This document shows, one piece after another, positions 1 through 9,980 of a DNA stretch of 64,000 nt; the stretch's first letter is position 1, and each line of letters starts with the position of its first letter. Under the pieces are notes generated by a model that was given only the letters and a program-made list of their open reading frames with translations, ran no database searches and had not been told where the DNA came from. The DNA is from Lachnospiraceae bacterium (GTDB taxonomy: Bacteria; Bacillota; Clostridia; Lachnospirales; Lachnospiraceae). Location of the stretch: assembly GCA_021201095.1 (NCBI GenBank), contig JAJQFO010000123.1, forward strand, positions 3,871 to 67,870, in the 5' to 3' direction. Both the position numbers and the translations under genes were made by a program.

Positions 1-274
1 TCAGAGAAGTCAGGGGGCAGATGCCGGAGGATGTAAGCTAATCGGTTCGCAGAATTTAAGAACAGAATCCGAAGCAGTTAACGAAGCGAGTCAGCCGTTC
101 TGCGCGGTATCAGGGAAAATCGCTGGCCTGCGATTCGTTCCGCCGCGGATACCGGAGTGTCCGGACTTTGTCCTGCGCGTGCCATGGCATGGAAAAACGC
201 TCAGGATTGTGAAGCAGAATGGGAAGATGGAAGGACAGATAGAAGAAAAGATTTCCGGTTTATTCGAGTTATAA
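1..274 (+). CDS. 3' end of an upstream CDS (truncated by window edge), possibly a glycoside hydrolase C-terminal beta domain
   Basis: Frame starting at nt 2 is open to TAA 272-274 (…GLRFVPPRIPECPDFVLRVPWHGKTLRIVKQNGK…LFEL*) and ends just before the GGAGG RBS of the next gene. Confidence 0.45.
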   Translation, partial: QRSQGADAGGCKLIGSQNLRTESEAVNEASQPFCAVSGKIAGLRFVPPRIPECPDFVLRVPWHGKTLRIVKQNGKMEGQIEEKISGLFEL

Positions 275-293
275 AACAGAGGAGGAAAACTAA

Positions 294-2396
294 ATGTTGT
301 ACCCACAACTAAATGAAAGCCGCATGCGAGTAGAACTGAACGGTATCTGGGATTTTCAGACGGCGGGAGCCGATTCTTACGAGGAACAGCTGGTGAAAAA
401 GCCGCTTGTCCATCCGATGTCTATGGCGGTGCCGGCGTCCTACAATGACCAGAAGGACGACGTGAATCTGCGCAGCCACTATGGATGGGTGGTTTATCAG
501 AGAACCTTTACGGTACCCAGGCGGATGAGTAATGAGCGGATAGTGCTGCGCTTTGGCGCGGTGACGCACCAGGCGGAAGTATACCTGAATGGGCAGCATT
601 TGGGAAGCCACAAGGGAGGCTTCCTCCCGTTCGAATTTGATGTTTCTTTCGATGTGAAATTGGGGGAAAATCTGCTGGCTGTGGCGGTGGACAACCGGGT
701 GAATTACGGGACCCTCCCGGTGGGAAATGAGAATTCCGTAGCATTTTTCGGCTCAGATAATCCGGGCATTCCCTCGATTGAACTGGCAAAGACGCGCTGC
801 AAGCCGCAGAACAAGCCAAATTTTGACTTTTTTAATTACGCGGGAATCATTCGTCCTGTCTGGCTGTATACGACACCGAGATCTTATATCCGGGACATCA
901 GCATTGTCACGGATGTGGATCAAGAGGATGGAATTGTAAAATACCAGATTAAGACGGGAACTTTGAAGAATGAAAATGCAGATGCTTGTACCTGCAATAA
1001 TTCTCGGAGGAGACAGGCGGAAACGTCAGGACAGACCGGAAATGCTGCACAGACCGGGCAGAACTATGTGAAATTTTTCAGTGAAGAAAAACTGCCGGAG
1101 CAGCACATAACAGAGAAGCGGTGTGTGCCGGACAGGCATGAGCCGGACCAGATTGTGCCGGATCAGCTTGTGACGCTGCCACGCGCTCATATCACAATTC
1201 TGGATGAGACACAAAAGATTGTGGCAGAGCTTGCGTCAGATATGGCCGGAGATGACGGCATTTTGACCGGAGATGACGGCATTTTGACCGGAGATGATGG
1301 CGTTCGGACTGGAGATGACGGCACACTGACCGGGACATTTGTCATTTCCAACGCGAAGCTCTGGAACCCGGGCGCGGCTTATCTCTATACCATGCATGTG
1401 GAATATGGAGAGGATGTCTATGAGCAGAAATTCGGCATCCGCACGGTGGAGGTGCGGGGGACCGAGTTTCTGATCAACGGAAAGCCTTTCTATTTTAAAG
1501 GATTTGGAAAGCACGAGGATAGCTTCTTTCATGGGCGGGGTATGGATCCGTGCCTGAACGTCAAGGATCTTTCTTTGGTCCGCTGGCTGCATGCGAATTC
1601 CTTCCGGACGAGCCATTACCCCTATGCGGAGGAGATGTACGACCTTTGCGACCGCGAGGGTATTGTGGTTATTGATGAGACGCCGGCGGTCGGCATCGGC
1701 GCGGGCAGCGCGACGAACCCTTATCAGGCGATGCGGATTCACGAGCATCACCGCGATGTCATCCGGGATATGATTGACCGGGACAAAAATCATCCGAGTG
1801 TAGTCATGTGGTCGCTTGCCAATGAGCCGGATCTGGAGAATTTCCCGGAGGATGCGCACGACTATTTCACTCCGCTCTATGAGCTGGCGCACAGTCTGGA
1901 TCCGCAGAACCGGCCGGTGACGCTGGTCTGCTGCCAGAATAATTATGAGAAGGATCTCACGACCAGGACGATGGACGTGGTCTGCCTCAATCGCTATTAT
2001 GGCTGGTACAACCTGGGTGGTGATCTGGACGCGGCCTGCGACGCGCTGAACATCGAGCTGGATTTCTGGGAAAAGCAGGGCAAGCCGGTGATGTTCACCG
2101 AGTACGGCGCGGATACCTATCCGGGGATTCACAATACGAACGGAGAAATGTTCAGCGAGGAATATCAGGCGGATTATTATCTGCGTATCAATGCGGAGAT
2201 AGACAAGCGTCCCTTCTTTATCGGCGAACAGCTCTGGAATTTTGCGGATTTTGCCACGATTCAGGGACCGATGCGCGTGGACGGCAATAAAAAAGGCATC
2301 CTGACTCGCGACCGCAGGCCGAAGCTGGCGGCGCACGCGCTGCGCAGACGCTGGGAAGGAATACCAGATTTTGGATACAAGACATTGCGTCATTGA
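294..2396 (+). CDS. uidA: GH2 beta-glucuronidase-like enzyme (possibly hexuronidase/galacturonidase)
   Basis: MLYPQ start, FDFFNYAGI, KGFGKHED, NSFRTSHYPY, catalytic ANEP and TEYG, RYYGWY, GNKKG (N-x-K motif); RBS GGAGG. Confidence 0.88.
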   Translation: MLYPQLNESRMRVELNGIWDFQTAGADSYEEQLVKKPLVHPMSMAVPASYNDQKDDVNLRSHYGWVVYQRTFTVPRRMSNERIVLRFGAVTHQAEVYLNGQHLGSHKGGFLPFEFDVSFDVKLGENLLAVAVDNRVNYGTLPVGNENSVAFFGSDNPGIPSIELAKTRCKPQNKPNFDFFNYAGIIRPVWLYTTPRSYIRDISIVTDVDQEDGIVKYQIKTGTLKNENADACTCNNSRRRQAETSGQTGNAAQTGQNYVKFFSEEKLPEQHITEKRCVPDRHEPDQIVPDQLVTLPRAHITILDETQKIVAELASDMAGDDGILTGDDGILTGDDGVRTGDDGTLTGTFVISNAKLWNPGAAYLYTMHVEYGEDVYEQKFGIRTVEVRGTEFLINGKPFYFKGFGKHEDSFFHGRGMDPCLNVKDLSLVRWLHANSFRTSHYPYAEEMYDLCDREGIVVIDETPAVGIGAGSATNPYQAMRIHEHHRDVIRDMIDRDKNHPSVVMWSLANEPDLENFPEDAHDYFTPLYELAHSLDPQNRPVTLVCCQNNYEKDLTTRTMDVVCLNRYYGWYNLGGDLDAACDALNIELDFWEKQGKPVMFTEYGADTYPGIHNTNGEMFSEEYQADYYLRINAEIDKRPFFIGEQLWNFADFATIQGPMRVDGNKKGILTRDRRPKLAAHALRRRWEGIPDFGYKTLRH
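1246..1333 (+). repeat. In-frame 21-bp tandem repeat x4 (GDDGILT-like units) inside the GH2 gene
   Basis: ccggagatgacggcattttga repeated; the third and fourth copies are degenerate. Confidence 0.9.
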
Positions 2397-2562
2397 TGTT
2401 ATGCTGAAAAATTAAGAAAGTATTATAGCAAAAGCAGCGGAGAAGAAACTGCAAAACGATAATCGAAGGAGACGCAGAAAAACAGCGGCATGGAAGATGA
2501 ACTGGTAAAGCGGTGGGTCAGGATAAAACCTGCAAAACGAGGGAGGAAGATCAGACAGAACG

Positions 2563-3951
2563 ATGAAGGCAGAATTATCCTCAAAAGATGAAAAATTTCG
2601 ACAATTTTCCCTGGAGGGGCTGATGTGGAAAGTGATTTTGCACGTCGGCTTTCCTCTTGCACTCTATGAGAGCCTGAACCAGCTGTTCAAGATTCTCGAC
2701 ACGATGATGGCCTCCCATATCGGAGCGACGGCGGTATCTACGGTGGCTTATCTGTCGCAGATCAACCTGATGCTCTCCGCGATCGGCGGCGGTCTGGCAG
2801 TCGGGGCGGGGATGAAAATCAGTGAAGCATACGGGGCGGATGATCTGGAACTGGTGCAGCAGCGTGTGAGTACGGTGTTCGCGCTCTGCGCCGTGCTGGG
2901 CGGCGCACTGTTGCTGGTGCTGGTGCCCTTCGCACGGGTATTTTTGCACCTGATGAATACGCCGGAAGAAATTCTCGCCGAAGGGACCGTGTATTTTCGA
3001 CTGGAGCTGTTTGCCCTGGTGATTTCCTTTTTTGACAGCATTTATATCGCCGTGGAGCGCTCCCGCGGAAATTCCAGGCGGATCCTGTATCTGAACATGG
3101 CTGTGATCGTGACCAAGCTTTCACTGACGGCTTTGTTTGTCTATGGAATGGGCAGCGGGATACAGATGATTGCTGTCGCGACGATTGCTTCACAGGGACT
3201 GCTTCTGGCTGCCGCGCTGATTAATATGAACCAGAGAGGCAGCGCGTTCGGCTTTTCGCTGCGGGCAGTTTCTGTGAAAAAAGAAGTCCTGGGGCCGATG
3301 CTTTCCCTGTCCTTTCCGGTGATCGTGGAGAAGGCGGCCTTTTCTATGGGAAAGGTTATCGTCAATTCGATGAGCACGGTCTACGGCACATGGACGGTGG
3401 GCGCACTGGGGATTTCCAATAATATTGATGGCTTTACGACGAATCCGCAAAACGGCTTCCAGTCGGGCGGTTCGGCGGTGATCAGCCAGAATCTCGGCGC
3501 GAAAAAGCCGGAGCGGGCGCTTGCGGCCTTCCGGTGGACGCTTGCGGTTAACTGTCTGGTCGGCCTGGTGCTGGTGAGCGCGACTTTGCTTTTCCTGGAT
3601 CCGATCGTGTCTCTTTTCGCGGAAGGCAACGAAGAATTCGCAGTAATGATTAAGGAAATTTACCGGTGGGAGGCGCTCGGCGCGATTCCTCTCGGCGTAA
3701 ACGCGGCGGTGATGGCGCTTCTGTATGGATTTGGCAGGACAAAAATCACGCTGGTGATGAATTTCTGCCGTGTCTTTGTGTTCCGCATCCCGGTACTGTG
3801 GGGACTGCAGCATTTTACAGATCTGGGCAGTGTCAGCGCCGGGATCGTGATGGCAGTCAGCAATATCGCGAGCGGGCTGCTCGCCGTGATTGTTGCGGCT
3901 GTCTTTGTGAGGAGGATTCGCAGAGAGTACGGAATTGCCGGGCCGTACTAA
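2563..3951 (+). CDS. MATE family efflux transporter
   Basis: About 12 hydrophobic segments with two-fold internal repeat; ISEAYGA/ISQNLGA motifs. Confidence 0.85.
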   Translation: MKAELSSKDEKFRQFSLEGLMWKVILHVGFPLALYESLNQLFKILDTMMASHIGATAVSTVAYLSQINLMLSAIGGGLAVGAGMKISEAYGADDLELVQQRVSTVFALCAVLGGALLLVLVPFARVFLHLMNTPEEILAEGTVYFRLELFALVISFFDSIYIAVERSRGNSRRILYLNMAVIVTKLSLTALFVYGMGSGIQMIAVATIASQGLLLAAALINMNQRGSAFGFSLRAVSVKKEVLGPMLSLSFPVIVEKAAFSMGKVIVNSMSTVYGTWTVGALGISNNIDGFTTNPQNGFQSGGSAVISQNLGAKKPERALAAFRWTLAVNCLVGLVLVSATLLFLDPIVSLFAEGNEEFAVMIKEIYRWEALGAIPLGVNAAVMALLYGFGRTKITLVMNFCRVFVFRIPVLWGLQHFTDLGSVSAGIVMAVSNIASGLLAVIVAAVFVRRIRREYGIAGPY

Positions 3952-3957
3952 AAGGAA

Positions 3958-3986
3958 TGCCCCCTGGGACTGATGCCAGGGGGCAG
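3958..3986. terminator. Hairpin terminator between convergent MATE gene and small ORF
   Basis: tgccccctgg-loop-ccagggggca immediately after the MATE stop. Confidence 0.6.
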
Positions 3987-4005
3987 GTTAAAAGAAAGAT
4001 ATCGA

Positions 4006-4176
4006 TTAAAACATTGCTTCAATTTCAGACAAATCAATAGCAAAAGTAGATAATTTTAATTTTGCGATTTTGATTTGTCGTTCCAGTTCTTTGTTCTCCG
4101 CTGTTTCAGCGGCCTTAATTCGAATCAGGTTAACATAATAATCAATGGCTATCTGTTTTTGTTCTTCCAGAGTCAT
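4006..4176 (-). CDS. 56-aa small helical protein, not in the ORF track (MTLEEQKQIAIDYYVNLIRIKAAETAENKELERQIKIAKLKLSTFAIDLSEIEAMF)
   Basis: Translated by hand; strong RBS GAAGGAGG at normal spacing; own promoter upstream. Confidence 0.7.
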   Translation of the reverse strand: MTLEEQKQIAIDYYVNLIRIKAAETAENKELERQIKIAKLKLSTFAIDLSEIEAMF

Positions 4177-4284
4177 AATATTCCTCCTTCCATTCTGGCC
4201 TGTTTCAGTGGAACAGGCTTGTTTGCTGCAATGCAGACCGGACTTCGTTTTTCATAGAATATCGGATTCTCTTCTTTCACATTT

Positions 4285-4313
4285 ATTATACCTTATTCTT
4301 ACTCTACAATCAA
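4285..4313 (-). promoter_or_regulatory. Sigma-70-type promoter for the 56-aa ORF
   Basis: TTGATT-17 nt-TATAAT on the minus strand. Confidence 0.65.
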
Positions 4314-4553
4314 CCGTTTTAACCTTAATCGTGCAGCAGATTTTTATGTCCGGATTTTTTAGCGAATGTTCGGCCGCGGGACACAGCAGACAAAATAAAT
4401 AAAAAATAATAAAAACTTTGTTAAACTATAAACAGGATATAAAAAATCTGTGAAAAAAATTTGAAAAAAGTAGTGCAATTTGTTGAGACCTGTGTTATGA
4501 TTAGCTCATGTGGGCATGGGGCCCTCAGATCACGTGAAAAGGAGAAGAAAAGA

Positions 4554-5849
4554 ATGAAAAAGAATGCTTTAAGACGTGTACTTGCTATCGGACTTGTAGG
4601 CGCTATGGCAGTTTCCATGGTTCCAGTAGCAAGCGCAGAGGAAGCTGACTACGAAGAGTGTACGCTCACGATTTCCTGGTGGGGCGGCGATTCCAGACAT
4701 GAGGCGACGCTCGCAGCGATCGACGCATTTATGGAAGCTTATCCGGGGATCACGGTAGAGTCTACCTACTCCGCATGGGACGGCTGGGAAGAGAAGATGG
4801 CTACCGCTTTCGTGGCAGGCACTGAGCAGGATATCAACCAGGTAAACTGGAACTGGATCACCCAGTATGATTCCGACGGCTCCATTTTCCTGAACCTGTA
4901 TGATTACGCAGATACGATTGATCTGGATCAGATCGGTGAGTCTTATCTGGCGATGTGCGAGGCTTCCGACGGTTCTCTGGCAGCGCTTCCGGCATCCATG
5001 ACCGGCCGTATCTTCTACTGGGACAAGACCACCTTTGATGAGGTTGGCGTAGAGATCCCGACGACTCTGGAAGACCTGCTTGCATGCGGCGAGGCGTTTG
5101 CTGCTTATGATGAGAGCTATTATCCGATCGCTCTTGGCGAGTATGACAGAATGATCCTTATGGTTTACTATCTGGAGTGTGTCTATGGCACAGACTGGGT
5201 AGTTGACGGCGAGCTTCAGTATACGGCTGAGCAGATCCAGGAAGGTCTGGAGTTCATCCAGAGCCTTGAGGATGCTCATGTAACACCGACCATCGCGAAG
5301 ATCACCGGCGACGGCGCTTCTTCTCTGGATCAGAATATGAACTGGATCGATGGTCACTACGCAGGTATCTTCGAGTGGGATTCCTCCGCATCGAAGTATG
5401 AGGGCGCTCTTGAGGAAGGCCGCGAGTTTGTAGTTGGCGATTATCTGACAGACCTTGGCGAGTATCAGGGAGGCTACACAAAGGTTTCTCTTGGCTGGGC
5501 GATCAGCACGAGAACAGAGCATCCGTATGAGTGCGCACTGCTTCTCAACTACCTGATGAACGATGCTGATGCAGCTGTCATCCTTGGCTCTGAGAGAGGT
5601 ATTCCGGTATCCGCATCTGCTCTTGCAGCAGCATCTGATGCTGGCATTCTGAATGAGACCACCGTAGAAGCAAACGGCAAGGTTCTGGCATGGTGCAGCA
5701 ACGCTCTGGATCCGTATTTCGAGGATTCTACACTGAAGAGCAGCGACGGCGTTTACTATGATGTGATGGCTGGTCTGAGCTATGGCGATTATGACATCGA
5801 AGAGGCTGCTGAAATTCTCATTGACGGCATCAACGACGTACTTGGCTGA
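4554..5849 (+). CDS. Carbohydrate ABC transporter substrate-binding protein (oligogalacturonide-type)
   Basis: Signal peptide MKKNALRR…ASA; SWWGGDSRH motif; upstream of two permeases; start moved to the ATG after RBS AAGGAG. Confidence 0.85.
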   Translation: MKKNALRRVLAIGLVGAMAVSMVPVASAEEADYEECTLTISWWGGDSRHEATLAAIDAFMEAYPGITVESTYSAWDGWEEKMATAFVAGTEQDINQVNWNWITQYDSDGSIFLNLYDYADTIDLDQIGESYLAMCEASDGSLAALPASMTGRIFYWDKTTFDEVGVEIPTTLEDLLACGEAFAAYDESYYPIALGEYDRMILMVYYLECVYGTDWVVDGELQYTAEQIQEGLEFIQSLEDAHVTPTIAKITGDGASSLDQNMNWIDGHYAGIFEWDSSASKYEGALEEGREFVVGDYLTDLGEYQGGYTKVSLGWAISTRTEHPYECALLLNYLMNDADAAVILGSERGIPVSASALAAASDAGILNETTVEANGKVLAWCSNALDPYFEDSTLKSSDGVYYDVMAGLSYGDYDIEEAAEILIDGINDVLG

Positions 5850-5875
5850 TGAATCGTGATACGATACACAGATCC

Positions 5876-5982
5876 GTGACTCACAAATAAGTGTGACGCA
5901 TAATTAAGTGGCTCACAAACAGGTGACGCACAAATAAGTGACGCACAGACTGGTGGTTCACAAATAAGTAGTTCATAGTTAA
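5876..5982. repeat. 15-bp tandem repeat x7 (consensus GTGACGCACAAATAA)
   Basis: Read directly; each unit has a GTG-N3-CAC-like core. Confidence 0.85.
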
Positions 5983-6016
5983 GGGGGCTGCTGTTGGGAA
6001 ATGGCAGCCCCCTTTT
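5981..6016 (+). terminator. Intra-operon hairpin/attenuator between SBP and permease
   Basis: aagggggctgc…gcagcccccttttt. Confidence 0.6.
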
Positions 6017-6046
6017 TCAATAGGACACATGAGGGAGGAAAGAAAA

Positions 6047-6985
6047 TTGGCAAAAAACAATAATGCTAATGCGATCCCGCACAAGGTGAAAAGAAAAGGG
6101 TTTAAAGGCTTTTGCAAGGATAATATCGGCTTTTTCTTTATCCTGCCATGGCTGATCGGTTTCCTGATTTTTAAGCTGTATCCGATGGGATCTTCTCTGT
6201 TTTACAGTTTTACAGATTACAACCTGTTCAACGGAATCAGTGTTGTCGGCACGCTGCAGAATTACATCGATGTATTTACCACATCAAAGATTACGAAAGC
6301 GATGGGCATCACGTTCCGCTACGCGTTTATCACAGTGCCGCTGAAGCTGATCTTCGCGCTCTTTGTCGCATACATACTGAATTTTAAGATCAAAGGTGTG
6401 AACTTTTTCCGTACTATATACTATATTCCTTCGATCCTGGGTGGTTCTGTGGCAATCGCAGTTCTCTGGAAAGCCGTTTTCCGTGACGAGGGTCTTCTGA
6501 ACGGAGCTCTTGCACTGATCGGAATTACCGGCCCGAGCTGGCTGAGTGATACCAGATATTCTCTGATGGTCATCTGCCTTCTGCGTGTATGGCAGTTTGG
6601 ATCCTCCATGGTGATTTTCCTTGCTGCCCTGAAGGGTGTTTCGGCAGATCTTTATGAGGCAGCTTCGATTGACGGAGCAGGCAAGTGGCGTCAGTTCTTC
6701 TCAGTGACCGTTCCGCTGATTACGCCGGTTATTTTCTACAACCTGGTGACGCAGCTCTGTCAGGCATTCCAGGAGTTCAACGGACCGTACATCATCACCT
6801 CCGGCGGACCGAGAAACTCTACAACACTGCTCTCGCTGTTGATTTATAACAGCGCGTTCAAGCAGTACGACATGGGTATGGCCAGTGCAATGGCCTGGGT
6901 ATTGTTCGTCATTCTGATGATCTTCACAGGTATCGCATTTCTGTCCCAGAAGTACTGGGTATTCTATTCGGATGAGGAGGGCTAA
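6047..6985 (+). CDS. Sugar ABC transporter permease
   Basis: EAA loop LYEAASIDGA; probable TTG start after GGGAGG (ORF track start 6029). Confidence 0.9.
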   Translation: MAKNNNANAIPHKVKRKGFKGFCKDNIGFFFILPWLIGFLIFKLYPMGSSLFYSFTDYNLFNGISVVGTLQNYIDVFTTSKITKAMGITFRYAFITVPLKLIFALFVAYILNFKIKGVNFFRTIYYIPSILGGSVAIAVLWKAVFRDEGLLNGALALIGITGPSWLSDTRYSLMVICLLRVWQFGSSMVIFLAALKGVSADLYEAASIDGAGKWRQFFSVTVPLITPVIFYNLVTQLCQAFQEFNGPYIITSGGPRNSTTLLSLLIYNSAFKQYDMGMASAMAWVLFVILMIFTGIAFLSQKYWVFYSDEEG

Positions 6986-6988
6986 AGT

Positions 6989-7852
6989 ATGGCTGCGCAA
7001 AGTAAATCCAAGCGAAATATTACCACTTTTCTGAGGTATTTGGTCCTGATTTTGGTTGGCTTTATTATGGTTTATCCTCTGCTCTGGATGGTGGGTGCGA
7101 CCTTTAAGTCAAACGCGGAGATTTTCTCGAGCATCAGCTTTATCCCGAAGAATCCGACTCTGGAAGGCTACAAGGCCGCGATGAGCAGCTACGGCGGCGA
7201 TATCAATATCTGGAAAGCAATGTTCAATACCTATTCCTATGTAATTCCGAAGGTGGTCTTTACGGTTATTTCCGTTACCATCACTGCTTATGGATTTGGA
7301 CGCTTCCAGTTCAAGGGACATAATATCCTTTTTGCAATTTTGATGGCGACGCTGTTCCTGCCGCAGGTGGTATTAAACGTTCCTCAGTTCATCATGTTTT
7401 CCAAGTTTGGCTGGGTGGACTCCAAGCTGTATCTGCCAATCATCGTGCCGACCCTGTGCGCGACGGATACGCTGTTTGTATTTCAGCTGATTCAGTTCCT
7501 GCGCGGCGTGCCGAAGGATCTGGATGAGGCGGCAAAGATCGACGGATGCAATGCAGTGCAGACACTGACCAAGGTCATCGTTCCGATGCTTTCCCCGGCG
7601 ATCACCTCCGTTGCGCTGTTCCAGTTCATGTGGTCGTCCAACGACTTCATGGGACCGCTGCTTTATGTGAATACTCCGGCAAAATATCCGCTGGCAATCT
7701 TCGTAAAGCTGTCTATGGATGCGGATTCCGGATTCCAGTGGAACCGTGTACTGGCACTTTCCCTGATTTCGATTATCCCGTCGCTGGTAATTTTCTTCCT
7801 GGCGCAGGATAAGTTCGTAGACGGTATCTCTGCTGGCGGCGTCAAGGGCTGA
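6989..7852 (+). CDS. Sugar ABC transporter permease
   Basis: LDEAAKIDG EAA loop; C-terminal GGVKG. Confidence 0.9.
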   Translation: MAAQSKSKRNITTFLRYLVLILVGFIMVYPLLWMVGATFKSNAEIFSSISFIPKNPTLEGYKAAMSSYGGDINIWKAMFNTYSYVIPKVVFTVISVTITAYGFGRFQFKGHNILFAILMATLFLPQVVLNVPQFIMFSKFGWVDSKLYLPIIVPTLCATDTLFVFQLIQFLRGVPKDLDEAAKIDGCNAVQTLTKVIVPMLSPAITSVALFQFMWSSNDFMGPLLYVNTPAKYPLAIFVKLSMDADSGFQWNRVLALSLISIIPSLVIFFLAQDKFVDGISAGGVKG

Positions 7853-8004
7853 TTTATAGTTTGGCTGAAGGAAGGCCTTCGGGTTTTTCGGACGGATGAG
7901 GTTTTTACGAACAATTGTAACTGTAAAGTTTCAAATATGCTGGACAGTTACTCTCCCAAAGGGGTGGCAGTTCCTGTCATCCCTTTTTCTATGAGCGCAG
8001 GATG

Positions 8005-8165
8005 GCGAGGAATATCCCATGCGAAGCGTGGGATGCCTGCGCCCCACAATCAGAGATTGGGGCTTATCTCGTCCGAAGGACGAGGATGCCACCTCGGCGA
8101 GGGGGCATAACCCGGCGAGGGATATCCCATGCGAAGCGTGGGATGCCACCCCGGCGAGGGGCTAA
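8005..8165 (+). repeat. Dispersed REP/MITE-like hairpin element family A (one full plus one partial copy)
   Basis: ATCCCATGCGAAGCGTGGGATGCC hairpin twice, plus CCCC.CAATCAGAGATTGGGG and TCGTCCGAAGGACGA hairpins; related copies elsewhere in the window. Confidence 0.85.
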
Positions 8166-8285
8166 CGTGTGCGTGTTCCACTGGTACACAGTAACCGTGC
8201 AGATCAGGAGTGGACAAGCCGCCTTCTGCTTGATCACTGAGCCGGGGAGAGTGCTGTAGCTGACAGCCAGTCAGAGGAAATTTTC

Positions 8286-9968
8286 ATGAATATTCGCCTT
8301 ATAATGAAAACCGCCAGAAGTGTGACTCTTGAACTTGACGACGGCGGGATATATAATACGAAAGAGCTTTATCGGATTCTGCAAAATGGGGAAGAAGTCA
8401 AACGGACGGACACAGTGATTACCTCCCTCTATCATTTGCAACCGGATACAGACTACATGATTCTGGTGGAGGATCTGCATGGTGCGACGCTTGGTTCCTT
8501 TGCGTTCCGTACAGACCGGGAATCTTTCACCCTGGATGTCCGGGAGTTTGGTGCGAAGGGAGACGGCGAGTCGGATGATACGGTTTGCATCCAGGCCGCG
8601 ATTATGGCATGCCCGCGGGAAGGGCGTGTGCGGATACCGGAGGGAACTTATCGGATTACGAGTATCTTTTTAAAGAGCGGAGTGAATATCGAACTGGAAA
8701 AAGGCGCTCATATCATGGCATTTACAGATCGGTCGAAATTCGCGATTTTCCCGGGAGCGATCCGGAGTACGGGAAAAGAGATTCTGGATCAGGATGAATC
8801 TGAGCTTGCGCCGGCTGCTGATAGAAGCGACGTGGCTTCCAGGCTGAATTTATCGGACAGCCCAGGTCGGGGATACCCGGAACCTGCAGTCGGAGCACCT
8901 GGCAGTCAGGAGCTTCAGCTTGGCACCTGGGAAGGTGATCCACAGAAAATGTTCACAGGGATTGTGACCGGCGTGGATGTTTCAGATGTCACAATCTATG
9001 GGGAGGGCAGCATCGACGGAGCAGCCTCGTATGAGAACTGGTGGAAAAATGAGAAGGTGATGGTGACGGCCTGGCGGCCGCGCCTGCTGTTTCTGAACCA
9101 TTGCAAAAATGTCCGTGTGCAGGGAGTGCTGCTGCATGACAGTCCTTCCTGGACGGTGCATCCATATTTTTGTGAGCAGCTGCTGTTTAGCGATTTTGCG
9201 ATTGAAAATCCGCAGGTTTCCCCGAATACGGACGGGATTGACCCGGAATCCTGCCGGGACGTCACGATCTGCGGAATTCGCTTTACCCTCGGAGATGACT
9301 GCATTGCGGTGAAGTCCGGGAAAATTTATATGGGACGGAAATACAAAACGCCCTCCTCCAATATCCATATTTATCAGTGCCTGATGGAAAACGGACACGG
9401 CGCGGTCACGGTCGGCAGCGAGATGGCGGGAGGCGTCAACGGACTGGTCGTGGAAAAATGCCGGTTTTCCCATACGGACCGCGGATTGCGTATCAAAACG
9501 CGGCGCGGACGCGGAAAAGACGCAGTGCTCGACAACATCATTTTCCACGACCTTGAGATGGATCAGGTAATGTCGCCGTTTACGGCAAATGCGTTTTATT
9601 TCTGCGATCCGGACGGGCGAACGGAGTTTGTGCGCTCCCGCGAAAAATATCCGGTGGACGACGGGACGCCGTCCATGAAGCGGTTTTATTTTGAAAACAT
9701 TCATGCGAAGGACTGCCACGTGGCAGCACTCTGGTTCGAAGGCCTCCCGGAGCAGAAGATTGAGCAGATCCAGATGCGGAACATCGAAATTTCTTTCGCT
9801 GCGGATGCCAAAAGCGATGTGCCGATTATGTCTGAGGGCGTGGATGCGTGCAGCAAAAAGGGCGTGTTCGTCCGCAATGTGAAACGGCTGGTTCTTGATA
9901 ATGTAAAGATCGAAGGCTGCGAGGGCGAGTTGTTCGAGCTGCACGATGTGGACGAAGTCATTCACTAG
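8286..9968 (+). CDS. GH28 polygalacturonase (exo-type) with N-terminal FN3-like domain
   Basis: FGAKGDG, SPNTDG, GDDCIAVKSG, GHG, RGLRIK motifs. Confidence 0.9.
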   Translation: MNIRLIMKTARSVTLELDDGGIYNTKELYRILQNGEEVKRTDTVITSLYHLQPDTDYMILVEDLHGATLGSFAFRTDRESFTLDVREFGAKGDGESDDTVCIQAAIMACPREGRVRIPEGTYRITSIFLKSGVNIELEKGAHIMAFTDRSKFAIFPGAIRSTGKEILDQDESELAPAADRSDVASRLNLSDSPGRGYPEPAVGAPGSQELQLGTWEGDPQKMFTGIVTGVDVSDVTIYGEGSIDGAASYENWWKNEKVMVTAWRPRLLFLNHCKNVRVQGVLLHDSPSWTVHPYFCEQLLFSDFAIENPQVSPNTDGIDPESCRDVTICGIRFTLGDDCIAVKSGKIYMGRKYKTPSSNIHIYQCLMENGHGAVTVGSEMAGGVNGLVVEKCRFSHTDRGLRIKTRRGRGKDAVLDNIIFHDLEMDQVMSPFTANAFYFCDPDGRTEFVRSREKYPVDDGTPSMKRFYFENIHAKDCHVAALWFEGLPEQKIEQIQMRNIEISFAADAKSDVPIMSEGVDACSKKGVFVRNVKRLVLDNVKIEGCEGELFELHDVDEVIH

Positions 9969-9980
9969 GTTGGTTCGTCT

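Noticed and set aside
8002-8259. Short ORFs such as MARNIPCEAWDA… and …GISHAKRGMP… (also near 9989, 42115, 44355, 63460)
   Set aside because: They are translations of the family A repeat with no RBS; shared peptides reflect the DNA repeat.
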